Assembly: GCA_001871415.1 (NCBI GenBank)
Contig: MNWW01000042.1
Coordinates: 1 to 45,223, forward strand
Source of the DNA: Candidatus Woesearchaeota archaeon CG1_02_57_44
GTDB lineage: Archaea; Nanobdellota; Nanobdellia; Woesearchaeales; CG1-02-57-44
DNA length: 45,223 nucleotides
Reading direction: 5' to 3'
Below, in pieces: positions 15,938 through 26,052 of this stretch (the stretch's first letter is position 1; each line of letters begins with the position of its first letter). The translations under genes and the position numbers were made by a program. Under the pieces are notes generated by a model, which saw nothing but the letters and a program-made list of their open reading frames with translations, was not told the origin of the DNA and did no database searches.

Positions 15938-16024
15938 ATAGAACTCATTACCTTGCGGATGGTTGTTTGTCGCCTCCAACAGGGCTTATTCTGCTGTTGT
16001 GGCGAATGGGGTATTTATTTGTTT

Positions 16025-17080
16025 CTATTTGCTGATTTTTTTCAGCACAGAAAGCATGATGGGCCGGCCGCCTTGTTGGATGTGCGTCGCTCTCTGGACA
16101 GAGAAATGGTACTGCCCCAACAGCGCAGGAGGGATGGGCGACTCATGCAGCAACGCCAGCGTCCCTGTCTTGGCTAGGATGTAGTCTGCCTGATAGAGCA
16201 GCTCCTGCTGACGCTTTGCCAGCGCGTCCTTGTCGCGTTCATTAGGCATCCACGTCGCTATGCAGTCCACCTCATGCTCGGTGAACTTGGTGTCCAGCCA
16301 ATCAGGTGATATCCTCGAGAAATTCAGGATGCGCTCGACTCCTGCCAGTTTCGCGTTCTTTCCTGCCGCGACGACGTTTGGCATCACGCCGTCGAGCGCG
16401 TTGATGATGCCCTTGATCTTCTCCTTGCCCTTGCGGTCTATGGCATCCAGGTCAATGGGCCAGGAAGGCAGATCTTTCTTGCGGAAGCGGTTGTGGCTGA
16501 GGCATGCGGCGAACATTGCGGCCTCGATGGGTATGACCCCATCGCCACACATGGGGTCGAGCAGGTTCTGCTTGCCGGTGAATCCTGAGGCGAGCACCGC
16601 ACAGAATCCGAGGGTCGCGCGCAGCGACGAGCGCGAGGCGAAGACCTTGTAGTCGCGCTTGCCGATGTCGCCTGACAGGTCGATGCCCAGGACTTCCCCG
16701 GACGTATCATCTCCTTGCGGCACGATAGTCGCGCGCACCATTGCCTTTGGTGATGAGAGATCGACCTTGGTCTCAACGCCTGCGCTCCTGCACTCCTCGA
16801 GCAGGCGCGCGCCGATGGTCGCTTCTGCCGCGGGCGTAGCAACGTCGTCGCTGAGCACCCGCGCCCTGACGCAGAAGGATCCTTCAAGGTCCTGCAGGTC
16901 AAGGGCCTTGCAGATACGCTCAGACGACTGGGAACGATAGCATGCCCTATAGGTCGTGGCATCATCAGCATCGAAGAACACCAGGCCGTCCTGCTGCCCT
17001 GTCACCGTGCATCCCAGCAGCGTAAGCTCCTGCGCGGCATAGGCCTGCGCGCCTACCAGGACTTCAGCTATCGCCTTCAT
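16025..17080 (-). CDS. THUMP-domain SAM-dependent RNA methyltransferase (Trm14/RlmL-like)
   Basis: KVDLSSP (THUMP end), [27 protein letters not shown]. Confidence 0.85.
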   Translation of the reverse strand: MKAIAEVLVGAQAYAAQELTLLGCTVTGQQDGLVFFDADDATTYRACYRSQSSERICKALDLQDLEGSFCVRARVLSDDVATPAAEATIGARLLEECRSAGVETKVDLSSPKAMVRATIVPQGDDTSGEVLGIDLSGDIGKRDYKVFASRSSLRATLGFCAVLASGFTGKQNLLDPMCGDGVIPIEAAMFAACLSHNRFRKKDLPSWPIDLDAIDRKGKEKIKGIINALDGVMPNVVAAGKNAKLAGVERILNFSRISPDWLDTKFTEHEVDCIATWMPNERDKDALAKRQQELLYQADYILAKTGTLALLHESPIPPALLGQYHFSVQRATHIQQGGRPIMLSVLKKISK

Positions 17081-19688
17081 GAATCTTCTCCGCGGCGACG
17101 ACCTTGTCGCCTGACTCGAGGCGCATGATGCGCACCCCCTGTGTAGCCCTGCCCAGCACCGGGATGCTGCTCATGGGGACCCTGATGAGAATGCCCTTCT
17201 GGCTGATGACCATCAGCTCATCCGTGTCATCGACGGTCTTGACCGCCGCGACGCGCTCGCTGCGGATATTGATGACCCCTTTGCCCCCGCGCGCGGTCAG
17301 ACGATAGTCCTCGATGCGCGAGCGCTTGCCTGTTCCTGTCTCGGTGACGGACAGTATGGTCTGGCCTGTCTGTGGGATTGCCAGGCCAATGACATGGGAG
17401 TCCTTATCGACCTTGATGCCCTTGACACCGCGGGCGCCGCGTCCCATGGACCGCACATCCTGCTCATTGAAGCGCACGGCCATGCCGTCAGCGCTCGCCA
17501 GCAGCACTTCGTCCTTACCAGAGGTGATGCGAACGTCCACGAGCTCATCGTCGTCATCCAGTCCCAGGGCGATGATTCCTCCCTTGCGGGGCCTGCTGAA
17601 CTCATCCAGTGGTGTTTTTTTCACGATGCCATTTTTTGTGGCGAAAAAGAGGAATCCTGAAAAGTCGCTCGTGGCTATCATGGCTCTGACGCTGCGCGAG
17701 GAATCCAGGGACTCCACGATGTTCACGACAGGCTTTCCTTTCGCGTAGCGACCAAGCACAGGCAGGTCATAGACCTTGACCCAGTGGACTTTTCCTTTAT
17801 TGGTGAACATGAGCAGGTAGCTGTGCGTGTTCGCGATGAAGAGGTGATCGACAAAGTCCTCGTCCTTCATGTCTGTCGCGGTCACGCCCTTGCCGCCGCG
17901 TTGCTGCTGGCGATAGGCGTCCATGGGCATGCGCTTGATGTAGCCCTCATGCGTGCAGGTGACGATGACGTCTTCTTCGTCAATGATGTCCTCGATGTTG
18001 ATGTCCGCAGCAGGGCCCATTATCTTCGTGCGGCGCGGATCGCCGTACTGGTCTGCCAGGGCGACGGTCTCATTGCGTATGATGGTCATGACTTTCGCTT
18101 CTGAGGCCAGGATGGAGCGGTATTCATTGGCCTTGGCCAGCAACTCTGATTGCTCGTCGCGGACCTTTTTCTGCTCGAGCGCCGCCAAGCGCTGCAGGCG
18201 CATGTCCAATATCGCCTTGGCCTGCAGCTCTGACATGGCGAATCGCGTCATGAGGCCTTCCTTGGCATCAGCTCCGTCCTTGCTCTTGCGAATCAGGCTG
18301 ACTATGGCGTCTATCGCGTCCAGCGCCCGGATGAGCCCTTCGAGGATATGTAATCGCTCCTCTGCCTTGCGCAGGTCGTATTGCGTGCGCCTCACCACGA
18401 CCACACGGCGGTGCTCCACGAAATGGTGCAGCATGTCCTTGAGGGGCAGCATCCTGGGCTTGTGATCGACCAGCGCGAGGTTGATGACCCCAAAAGTCGT
18501 CTGCAGCTTGGTCATCTTGAACAGGCGGTTGAGCACCACGTCGCTGTTCGCGTCGCCTTTGAGTTCGATGACAACGCGCATACCTTCCCTGTCAGACTCA
18601 TCACGGATATCGCTGATGCCTGGCAGGCGCTTCTCCTTGACCAGGAATGCCATCTGCTCGAGCAGCAGGGACTTGTTGACCTGATAGGGTATCTCTGCGA
18701 CAATGATTCTCTGGCGGCCCTTGTGCTCTTCGATATGGGTCTTCGCCCTGACGGTCAGATGGCCTCTTCCTCGACGGTAGGCCTGCTTGATGCCGTCGGT
18801 TCCCATGATGATGCCGCCTGTCGGAAAATCAGGGCCAGGGACTATGGCATTGAGCTGTTCCACGGTTATATCAGGATTGTCGATAAGCGCGCCCACGGCC
18901 TTGCATACTTCGGCCATGTTGTGCGGCGGGATGTTGGTGGCCATGCCGACGGCGATGCCGCTTGAGCCATTGACCAGAAGATTAGGTATCGCTGATGGCA
19001 GGACCGTCGGCTCCTTGAGCGTGTTGTCAAAGTTCTCCTGGAAATCGACAGTCTCTTTCTCCAGATCCTTGAGCATCTCTTCTGCTATCCTGGTCATGCG
19101 CGCTTCAGTATAGCGCATCGCCGCGGGATTGTCGCCATCAATGCTGCCGAAGTTTCCCTGGCCATTGACCAGCAGATAACGCAGCGAGAAGTCCTGGGCC
19201 ATGCGCACCAAGGTATCATAGACCGCCATATCACCGTGCGGATGATACTTACCGAGAACCTCGCCTACTATCCTCGCTGATTTCTTGTAGGGCTTGTCGT
19301 GCGTGAGGCTCAGGTCCTGCATGCCGAAGAGCACACGACGGTGCACGGGCTTAAGCCCATCGCGCACATCCGGCAAGGCTCTTCCGACGATGACGGACAT
19401 GGCGTACTCCAGGTATGACTGGCGCATCTCATCCTCGATGACACGAGGTATTATCCTGCCCGCGTCAGGATTATCTGACTGATAGGGCTGTTTTGGTTCT
19501 GGATCGTTATTGGCTGGATCCTCTGATTGTTGGTCTTCCTGCTCTTGGGTCAGGTCAGATGTCTGTTCTGTCGGGGTCTCTTCTGAGCTCTCTTCTCCTT
19601 CTTCTGGCTGGTTTTCGGACTGCTTGTTGGCAGGCGCGTCCTGCTTGTTCCCATCCTCATTTGTCGACGGAGAAATATCATCATCCAT
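17064..19688 (-). CDS. gyrA: DNA gyrase subunit A
   Basis: [37 protein letters not shown] (catalytic Tyr), GyrA-box QQRGGKG, beta-pinwheel repeats. Confidence 0.97.
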   Translation of the reverse strand: MDDDISPSTNEDGNKQDAPANKQSENQPEEGEESSEETPTEQTSDLTQEQEDQQSEDPANNDPEPKQPYQSDNPDAGRIIPRVIEDEMRQSYLEYAMSVIVGRALPDVRDGLKPVHRRVLFGMQDLSLTHDKPYKKSARIVGEVLGKYHPHGDMAVYDTLVRMAQDFSLRYLLVNGQGNFGSIDGDNPAAMRYTEARMTRIAEEMLKDLEKETVDFQENFDNTLKEPTVLPSAIPNLLVNGSSGIAVGMATNIPPHNMAEVCKAVGALIDNPDITVEQLNAIVPGPDFPTGGIIMGTDGIKQAYRRGRGHLTVRAKTHIEEHKGRQRIIVAEIPYQVNKSLLLEQMAFLVKEKRLPGISDIRDESDREGMRVVIELKGDANSDVVLNRLFKMTKLQTTFGVINLALVDHKPRMLPLKDMLHHFVEHRRVVVVRRTQYDLRKAEERLHILEGLIRALDAIDAIVSLIRKSKDGADAKEGLMTRFAMSELQAKAILDMRLQRLAALEQKKVRDEQSELLAKANEYRSILASEAKVMTIIRNETVALADQYGDPRRTKIMGPAADINIEDIIDEEDVIVTCTHEGYIKRMPMDAYRQQQRGGKGVTATDMKDEDFVDHLFIANTHSYLLMFTNKGKVHWVKVYDLPVLGRYAKGKPVVNIVESLDSSRSVRAMIATSDFSGFLFFATKNGIVKKTPLDEFSRPRKGGIIALGLDDDDELVDVRITSGKDEVLLASADGMAVRFNEQDVRSMGRGARGVKGIKVDKDSHVIGLAIPQTGQTILSVTETGTGKRSRIEDYRLTARGGKGVINIRSERVAAVKTVDDTDELMVISQKGILIRVPMSSIPVLGRATQGVRIMRLESGDKVVAAEKIHEGDS

Positions 19689-19808
19689 GGCAGAAACAAA
19701 TAGGGAGGTATTTATAAGGGTTGTGGGTATGATTTGGCAGAAAAACCGAGATTCAATCTGGTTTTACGGGTGTAGGACAGAAACTTTGGCCTTGCTATGC
19801 GGATGCTG

Positions 19809-19967
19809 TCACACCCGCTTGACGATCCGTGTCTTGTTGATGTTGCTGTGCACCTTGAAGAATCTGCCACAGTACACACAACGCTTGATTTTTGTCTGGA
19901 TGTCGCCGCCGCGCATCTCATATTGCATGGTCTGCTTGCATTTAGGGCACTGGACAAGGAATCTCAT
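19809..19967 (-). CDS. 52-aa Zn-ribbon protein (DUF1922-like)
   Basis: Not in the track. MRFLVQCPKCKQ...KRCVYCGRFFKV with two CxxC motifs; TATATAA about 26 nt upstream (leaderless). Confidence 0.8.
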   Translation of the reverse strand: MRFLVQCPKCKQTMQYEMRGGDIQTKIKRCVYCGRFFKVHSNINKTRIVKRV

Positions 19968-20010
19968 AGAAATCGCCACGATGGAGGTTTCTTATATACG
20001 TTGCGGTTTG

Positions 20011-20754
20011 TCAGGACTCATCGCTTTTTAACAGTGACTGCTCTTTTTTTTCAGCATCAGATGGCTGTTTGTCCACGGATTCTGTCAATGGCGCATCTGC
20101 AGCTTCGTCTGCTGTCTGTTCTATTATTTCCTGATCAGGTGCAGGAATTGAGGTGGACTGTTCTTCAGGTTCTTCGCCTTGGTCTGTCTCCTGCACTGCG
20201 GTTTCTTCGTTCGCTTCTCCTTCGCCCAACCTGTCGATGACCTGCTCTATCTTCGCGAAGCTTCCCATAGTCGCCTTGAGCTGGTCCTTGCTCACGTCAA
20301 AATACTCATAGAACTTGTCCGCCAGGTGCAATTCCTTGCTTCGTCCCTTTGGCGATGAACGAATGTAAGAGAGCTCCTCGAGCTCCTTGATGTGGTCGTA
20401 GGCCTTGGTGCTCCTGATGCGCACGATATCGCTCTGCAGCACCGGCGCCTTGTAGGCTATCATAGCCAATGTCTCAATCAGGGACTTTGAGAGTTCGGTC
20501 CCTGATACCACCTGGTCCGCCACCTTGCGGTGCTGGTCCTTGATGGACAATCTCCAGAACGGATGTTCATTAAGCACGTACAGCGATGAATCGTCCTGCT
20601 CGTACTTATTGTGCAATTCCTCAAGCAGACGCTGCACCTGCTCCAGGTCTGTCGCCCTTGCAGCTTTCGCTATCTCGTCTACGTGCATGCGCTTGCCTGA
20701 AGCGAAAAGCAGCGCCTCAATGTCCTTCTTGAGGGTCTCATCCTTTCTTGCCAT
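20011..20754 (-). CDS. scpB: SMC-Scp complex subunit ScpB
   Basis: IEALLFASG, ELSKSLIETLAMIAYKAPVLQSDIVRIR, FYEYF; acidic C-terminal tail. Start moved to ATG 20754. Confidence 0.92.
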   Translation of the reverse strand: MARKDETLKKDIEALLFASGKRMHVDEIAKAARATDLEQVQRLLEELHNKYEQDDSSLYVLNEHPFWRLSIKDQHRKVADQVVSGTELSKSLIETLAMIAYKAPVLQSDIVRIRSTKAYDHIKELEELSYIRSSPKGRSKELHLADKFYEYFDVSKDQLKATMGSFAKIEQVIDRLGEGEANEETAVQETDQGEEPEEQSTSIPAPDQEIIEQTADEAADAPLTESVDKQPSDAEKKEQSLLKSDES

Positions 20755-21400
20755 TGGTCGCGAATTTCCCATCCTGCAGCAGGATGAACTTCTTGCTGAC
20801 CATAAAGTCAAGGACCTGCTTTAAAACTTTTGCCTCTACACCTGTCTTGTGGATCAGTTCGGGCAGGTCTTTTGGCTCCTGTTCGCAGAGCCCGCGCACA
20901 AAGTTCTGCAGAATCTTGCCCATGTTCATCTCAGCGACATCCAGCAGGGCCTTGGTCTGCTTGTACTCCATGTCTACGTGGTGCAGGCGCGTCTGCAGGT
21001 CATTGAGCAGGTCGGTGAAGTCCTGGGCATCCAGGGGGACCTTCTGCGGCTCCATTATCTCCACTGATGACGGCATGTAGTCAAAACAGAATCCCATCAG
21101 GGAAGCGAGGTCTTTTGCCAGCAGCTCAAGCTCGGCAAATGTCGTGAACAGGTTATCTTTCGGCTCGGCCGGCGCTATGCCCTTGCTGATGAACAGGACC
21201 CCTTCTTCCTCGTCTTGTATCTTTTTCAGGTAGTCTGCCAGGGTCTTCTCGATATGTTCCTTTGGCGCTCCTAGTATCTCGATGATGGTGCGAAACTGCA
21301 GCCATCCCTCTTCCACTTTCTCCTTGACCTGCTTTTCGTCCAGGACTACTGTGTGATCCATCTGTATCTTCGCATCCTCATCAATATCAGGTTCAGCCAT
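20738..21400 (-). CDS. Hypothetical protein with possible C-terminal wHTH
   Basis: IEILGAPKEH, FTTFAELE, FCFDYMPSSVEI; overlaps both neighbours in an operon-like arrangement. Confidence 0.8.
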   Translation of the reverse strand: MAEPDIDEDAKIQMDHTVVLDEKQVKEKVEEGWLQFRTIIEILGAPKEHIEKTLADYLKKIQDEEEGVLFISKGIAPAEPKDNLFTTFAELELLAKDLASLMGFCFDYMPSSVEIMEPQKVPLDAQDFTDLLNDLQTRLHHVDMEYKQTKALLDVAEMNMGKILQNFVRGLCEQEPKDLPELIHKTGVEAKVLKQVLDFMVSKKFILLQDGKFATNGKKG

Positions 21401-23360
21401 GGTGATGTAACTGAATCAGGGGTTCTATTATAATGTTTTCGTAGATTGACAACTCAGGCAGCGGGCCTGTGATGAGCGATACGCCTGCCGCGTCGCGCTG
21501 CAAGACCAGGGTCTTGGTGTCCAGTACCGCGGACTCATTGGAGAGCTGGATGAATGCTATCGCGCGCTTGGTCGTTAGTGGGATATCAATATGCATGCTC
21601 GCTTTCGCAGGGCCTCGCCAAAACCAATGGTGAGTCGCTATGCTCAGGTTGAGGATGCCTGGATAGCTGTCAGGGTCGATACCGATGTCAACGGGAATCG
21701 CGTCCATCGGCCTTTTCGCCTTGGTGCTTACTCTCCGTATTGTGGGGCGTGAGGATGGCAGAGGTGCTATGAGTACGCGCTCCTCCTGGTCCAGAAGGGT
21801 CCCCTTCGCTCCTATCGCCATGACGCGAAGCGTGTATTCACCGAGGTCGAGACCTGGCACGCTGATTGGCACGGTGAATGTTGTAGGGTTGTGGGCCTGG
21901 ATGGTGGTGATGCGGTATCCTGGCTCGCAATTGACACACTTGCCGCGCGACGCGAGATAGGAGATGATGGTTATGTTCTCAGGTTCTTCTGCCGAGGCGC
22001 GCAAAAGGAATTCGCCATCGCCCTGCAGGAATGAGGGTGCCTGCAGTGTGATTGTTGGTTTGCTCTCTCGTGGTGGTTTCGGGCACGTTACTTGCTGGAA
22101 AGGAAGGTAGGAGATTGTGCCATCGCGGTCCAGCAGCAGGCGCGTGGTGTTCAGCGAGCAGAGCAGCTTTGGCTCCAGACGTATTTCTGTTGCTCCGTCC
22201 TTCTGCTTTATCTGCAAAATGTCCAGGTTTGTCGCCCCTTGGGCAGTGACTGTCGCTGATTCTGACAGGAGCAGGCGCACTTTGCCGGCCGTCAGGTCAA
22301 ATTCGGCGCCAGGCGGACGGCCGGGTTGCACGGCGAAAAGCTGGCTTGCCTGCTGCTGCGGACAGGACGCAGGATTCTGGATGTCGATGGTGGCTCGTAT
22401 GATAAATGCCTGCTCTTCTGCGCTCTCTGGTGGTGTCCACTGGCGTGTACGATTCGTGCTGCTCGTCACTTTTGTCTTGACTATCTTGCCAGTCAAATCC
22501 TCTATCCAGTAGGTGACGCTGAAATCCTCAGGCAGCGGGTCTGCCAGGGCCCAGAAAATGACAGGCTCGCCTGGCGGCAGGGAATCCTGCCCGACGGTGA
22601 TGCGTAGTGATGGGCATTGGGGTGACGATGCTGGGGCCGCTGCGGTGCTGTCAGCAGTGTCCGTGCCATTGTCAGCGGCCCCCGACTCGTCGCTGTCAGG
22701 AACCTGTGGAGGTCCATGTTCATATAGCGCGAACGGTGTCGGTGTCGCTTCAATGTAGTCAGTGCCATTCCACTGCATGGTGCTGCCCTGCTCAGCGGCG
22801 CTGATGTAGGTCGCATTGGTGAGATGTCCGTTGTTTTGCAGCAGGATTATGGTGTCGCCGGCGTTGCCCAGGCCATTGCCTATCTTCGTGTCGTCCACAC
22901 AGAGCAGCGAGGCATTTTCTGGGATGGTCATGGGGAGCGGCGGGTCCGCGGCGGTCATCTCCGCGCCGAGCTGGACGACCAGCGCAAAGCTGTTGATGGT
23001 GCATACTTCTGGTCCATTTGTCTCATTGGGCGCACTTTCCGCGCTGCTCGCGTGTATCGGCAGCACAGAGCCGTCGTCGCCCACCTCGCAGCATGCTAAC
23101 GCGTCCTCCTGCAGGTTGTCTCTGATTGTCCAATTGATGACTTGCAGGGTCGTATTGCTGTAGAGCTCGAGCCATTCTGTTCCTGCTTTCGGCGCCGCGT
23201 TAATCTCGGTCACCTGCAGGGCAGAGGTGATGGGCAGAGCGGACAGCAACAGCGTGGCAAGAAATAGGGTCGTCAAGAGCAGCGCATCGCTGCTGTCTGT
23301 CGACGGTGTAGCGTCGGTACACGTTCTTTGTGGAAGGTCTCGTTTGCCAATTCTTCGCAT
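21393..23360 (-). CDS. Secreted/surface lamin-tail-domain protein
   Basis: Hydrophobic signal segment, then LQVTEINAAP..EWLELY, GLGNAGDTIIL, TP (LTD pattern), followed by beta-rich regions. Start uncertain. Confidence 0.7.
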   Translation of the reverse strand: MRRIGKRDLPQRTCTDATPSTDSSDALLLTTLFLATLLLSALPITSALQVTEINAAPKAGTEWLELYSNTTLQVINWTIRDNLQEDALACCEVGDDGSVLPIHASSAESAPNETNGPEVCTINSFALVVQLGAEMTAADPPLPMTIPENASLLCVDDTKIGNGLGNAGDTIILLQNNGHLTNATYISAAEQGSTMQWNGTDYIEATPTPFALYEHGPPQVPDSDESGAADNGTDTADSTAAAPASSPQCPSLRITVGQDSLPPGEPVIFWALADPLPEDFSVTYWIEDLTGKIVKTKVTSSTNRTRQWTPPESAEEQAFIIRATIDIQNPASCPQQQASQLFAVQPGRPPGAEFDLTAGKVRLLLSESATVTAQGATNLDILQIKQKDGATEIRLEPKLLCSLNTTRLLLDRDGTISYLPFQQVTCPKPPRESKPTITLQAPSFLQGDGEFLLRASAEEPENITIISYLASRGKCVNCEPGYRITTIQAHNPTTFTVPISVPGLDLGEYTLRVMAIGAKGTLLDQEERVLIAPLPSSRPTIRRVSTKAKRPMDAIPVDIGIDPDSYPGILNLSIATHHWFWRGPAKASMHIDIPLTTKRAIAFIQLSNESAVLDTKTLVLQRDAAGVSLITGPLPELSIYENIIIEPLIQLHHHG

Positions 23361-23486
23361 GTGGTTTCTTCATGAACCTCTGCATAATATGCGTTTGCCT
23401 GTTTTTTTCGCAGGGCTTTCGACCTTGGCGGAACACGGAGGAAAGGTATTAAATGCCGGGGGTATTGCTCTTGTGACGGGGATGTC

Positions 23487-23855
23487 ATGGTTGCTGTGGA
23501 AGACAAGGTATTTGTCGAAGACGCGCTTATGCGCCTGCGCGACTCTGGTATGCTCGTCATCGTCGAAGGGCCCAAGGACGAGGTTGCGCTGCGGGCGCTT
23601 GGCATTGAGCGGGTGGTGCACTTGCGCGGTAACCTGGTGCTGTTTTCTGAGCAGGTCGCTGCGGTGGCGGATGAAGTCGCGCTGCTTACCGACCTTGACG
23701 CTGAGGGCAAGAAGCTCTATGGGCAGCTCTCGCAGCATCTGTCGCGCAATGGTGTGCGCGTCGACAACAAGTTCAGGAATGTTTTATTCCGGCACAGCAC
23801 GCTGCGGCAGATAGAGGGGATGGTAGGATATCTTGGCAGGAACGCTACTGATTGA
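23487..23855 (+). CDS. Stand-alone TOPRIM domain protein
   Basis: VIVEGPKD and LTDLDAEG (E and DxD motifs). Confidence 0.88.
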   Translation: MVAVEDKVFVEDALMRLRDSGMLVIVEGPKDEVALRALGIERVVHLRGNLVLFSEQVAAVADEVALLTDLDAEGKKLYGQLSQHLSRNGVRVDNKFRNVLFRHSTLRQIEGMVGYLGRNATD

Positions 23856-23872
23856 TGGCTGCTGGTTGTTCG

Positions 23873-24631
23873 CTATTGCCTTCTCACTGGCAGCACAGGC
23901 CTTGCAGGGCTCTCAAAAAATGCGTATGGTGCCTTTGGGGGCATAATGGCGGCCAGCACATGCGAGACCTGCAAATCGCCCTGCGCTTCTGCGAGCAGCG
24001 TATCCAGTCGCTTCGCATCTTCGGGCGTTCTCTGCGCGGGTACGAGCACTCCCTGGGTCTGTTGGAAGGGAAATGAGTTGCCTGTAGGCGCGCTCATCAG
24101 CACTGTAGCAATCCTTGCGTCATATGTGCTGCAGAGACTGTGGACTGTCTCGTCAAGGTCGTGCTGCAATTGCTTCACAAAATCATCAGTTGTCGGGTAT
24201 ACCAATACGCTTATCATGCCTGCGTACTGGCCCTGCTCTCTCAAGTGAGCGCCGGGAAGGTGGTTGACGCGAGCATGCGCCATGGGTGGGCTGCTGTCTG
24301 ATCTCTGCATACCACTGCCTTCCGTATGCGTAAGCTGAAGAAAATTGTTCGCGTCCTGCGCGGCCAAGGTGTCATAGCGCGCCCGTACCTGCCAGGGAGC
24401 GCCGCGTCCGTGCTTACCCCCCAGCACATCGTATACTGCCTGACTAAACATCCCTTTCCAGATGTCTCCTATCTGCTCAATGGTGAGTCCATCCCGCTCG
24501 ACTTCCATGCAGGTACGAAGCTCTAGTTCTGTTCTTCTACCTCTTCCCTGTTGGGCGCCTGCTTGTACGCACAGGGAATCCACATGACGATCCAATGGGA
24601 CGCCGAAAAAGACGCTGTAGATGATGTCCAT
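23873..24631 (-). CDS. Hypothetical protein
   Basis: 252-aa ORF filling the gap; ATAAATA upstream; no family recognised. Confidence 0.6.
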   Translation of the reverse strand: MDIIYSVFFGVPLDRHVDSLCVQAGAQQGRGRRTELELRTCMEVERDGLTIEQIGDIWKGMFSQAVYDVLGGKHGRGAPWQVRARYDTLAAQDANNFLQLTHTEGSGMQRSDSSPPMAHARVNHLPGAHLREQGQYAGMISVLVYPTTDDFVKQLQHDLDETVHSLCSTYDARIATVLMSAPTGNSFPFQQTQGVLVPAQRTPEDAKRLDTLLAEAQGDLQVSHVLAAIMPPKAPYAFFESPARPVLPVRRQ

Positions 24632-24807
24632 GCCTGAGGCAAGTATTTATCGGCTTAAGAATGTTGCAGTTCCTTCGCGTCGCAGAGGCGTTTTTTCCGT
24701 CCTTGTTGCGCAGGGTGCTTCACTGTCATGCACCGCAGATTCACAAGGCATATAAGCACGGGATGACTAATAACGACATATATCTGATATTGCATGGGGG
24801 TGAGCGC

Positions 24808-25656
24808 ATGGCAAAGCTTGATTCACAATTGAAGACGGCCGCCTTGCTGGGGCTGCTGTCAGCGCTGTTCTTGCTCGCGGGTTATCTACTGGGCGGCAGC
24901 ACCGGCATGAGCATCGCGCTCGGCATGGCTGTTCTGTTCAACTTCGCAACGTACTACTGGTCCGACTCCTTCGTGCTCTGGATGTATCGTGCGAAGCCGG
25001 CTGCTGAAAAAGATTATCCTCAGTTTCATAGACTTGTCAGGGAACTCGCGGGTTGTGCTCACCTGCCCATGCCGCGGCTCTACATCATCGAGAGCCAGAC
25101 GCCCAACGCGTTCGCCACCGGCAGGAGCCCGCAGCACGCGGCTGTGGCTGTCACGACTGGCATACTATCGCTGCTCAGCGAAAAGCAATTGCGCGGCGTT
25201 CTCGCGCACGAGCTCTCCCATGTCAAGAACCACGACATGCTCATCGCGACCATGGCTGCTACCATCGCCGCCGCCATCAGCTACCTCGCGAGCATGGCGC
25301 GCTGGGGCATGATCTTCGGTGGGGGAAACAATCGCGACGGACCTAATATCCTGGAGTATCTTGTGCTTGCCATTGTCACGCCGCTCATCGCCATGGTGAT
25401 TCAGCTGGCCATCAGCAGGCAGCGCGAGTTTCTCGCCGACGCTTCTGGCGCCAAGCTATCGCATGACCCTGAAGGGTTGGCGTCTGCGCTGGAAGCGCTG
25501 GGCGAGGCGAACAAGAAGCGACCCTTGCGGCACGGCAGCACGGCGACAGCGTCATTGTTCATCGTCAATCCCTTCTCTGGGCAGGCGTTCATCTCCTTGT
25601 TCTCGACGCATCCGCCATTGCAGGAGCGCGTGAAAAGACTGCGGGCGATGCGGTAG
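24808..25656 (+). CDS. htpX: Zinc metalloprotease HtpX (M48)
   Basis: PNAFATG, HELSH, SRQREFLAD, FSTHPP; ATG 24808 with GGGGTGA SD. Confidence 0.95.
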   Translation: MAKLDSQLKTAALLGLLSALFLLAGYLLGGSTGMSIALGMAVLFNFATYYWSDSFVLWMYRAKPAAEKDYPQFHRLVRELAGCAHLPMPRLYIIESQTPNAFATGRSPQHAAVAVTTGILSLLSEKQLRGVLAHELSHVKNHDMLIATMAATIAAAISYLASMARWGMIFGGGNNRDGPNILEYLVLAIVTPLIAMVIQLAISRQREFLADASGAKLSHDPEGLASALEALGEANKKRPLRHGSTATASLFIVNPFSGQAFISLFSTHPPLQERVKRLRAMR

Positions 25657-25752
25657 GACGTCTATTCATAGGGAGACGGGACAGTCGACACGGCGACCGC
25701 TATGATAGCAACATTCATAAGGTCTGCAGTACTCCGGCATCGACGATAGCGT

Positions 25753-26034
25753 ATGCAGCTCCCCTTCCTCATCAGCGGCGTGTTCCTGTTCTTCTTCGGT
25801 ATGTACCTTCAGCGCGACCCGTGGAGGATCGGCGACGGTTCCCGTCTCTCTGAATGGCTGCTCTCCTCCATCCATCCAACGAGCTCTGAGGAGGCGAAGA
25901 ACCTCAAGACATTGGGCGCCACCGGAGGGCCGTTGTTCAGGATGATCTTCTCAGGATGGCGGGCAGTGCTCCGTTTCCTTGGGTGGATACTTGTCATCGC
26001 AGGGTGCGCGTTCGTTTTTGTGGGCGCGATGTAG
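25753..26034 (+). CDS. Small 2-TM hypothetical protein
   Basis: Hydrophobic N- and C-terminal helices; fills the gap between genes. Confidence 0.55.
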   Translation: MQLPFLISGVFLFFFGMYLQRDPWRIGDGSRLSEWLLSSIHPTSSEEAKNLKTLGATGGPLFRMIFSGWRAVLRFLGWILVIAGCAFVFVGAM

Positions 26035-26052
26035 CTTCGGGATAGAGGTCCC

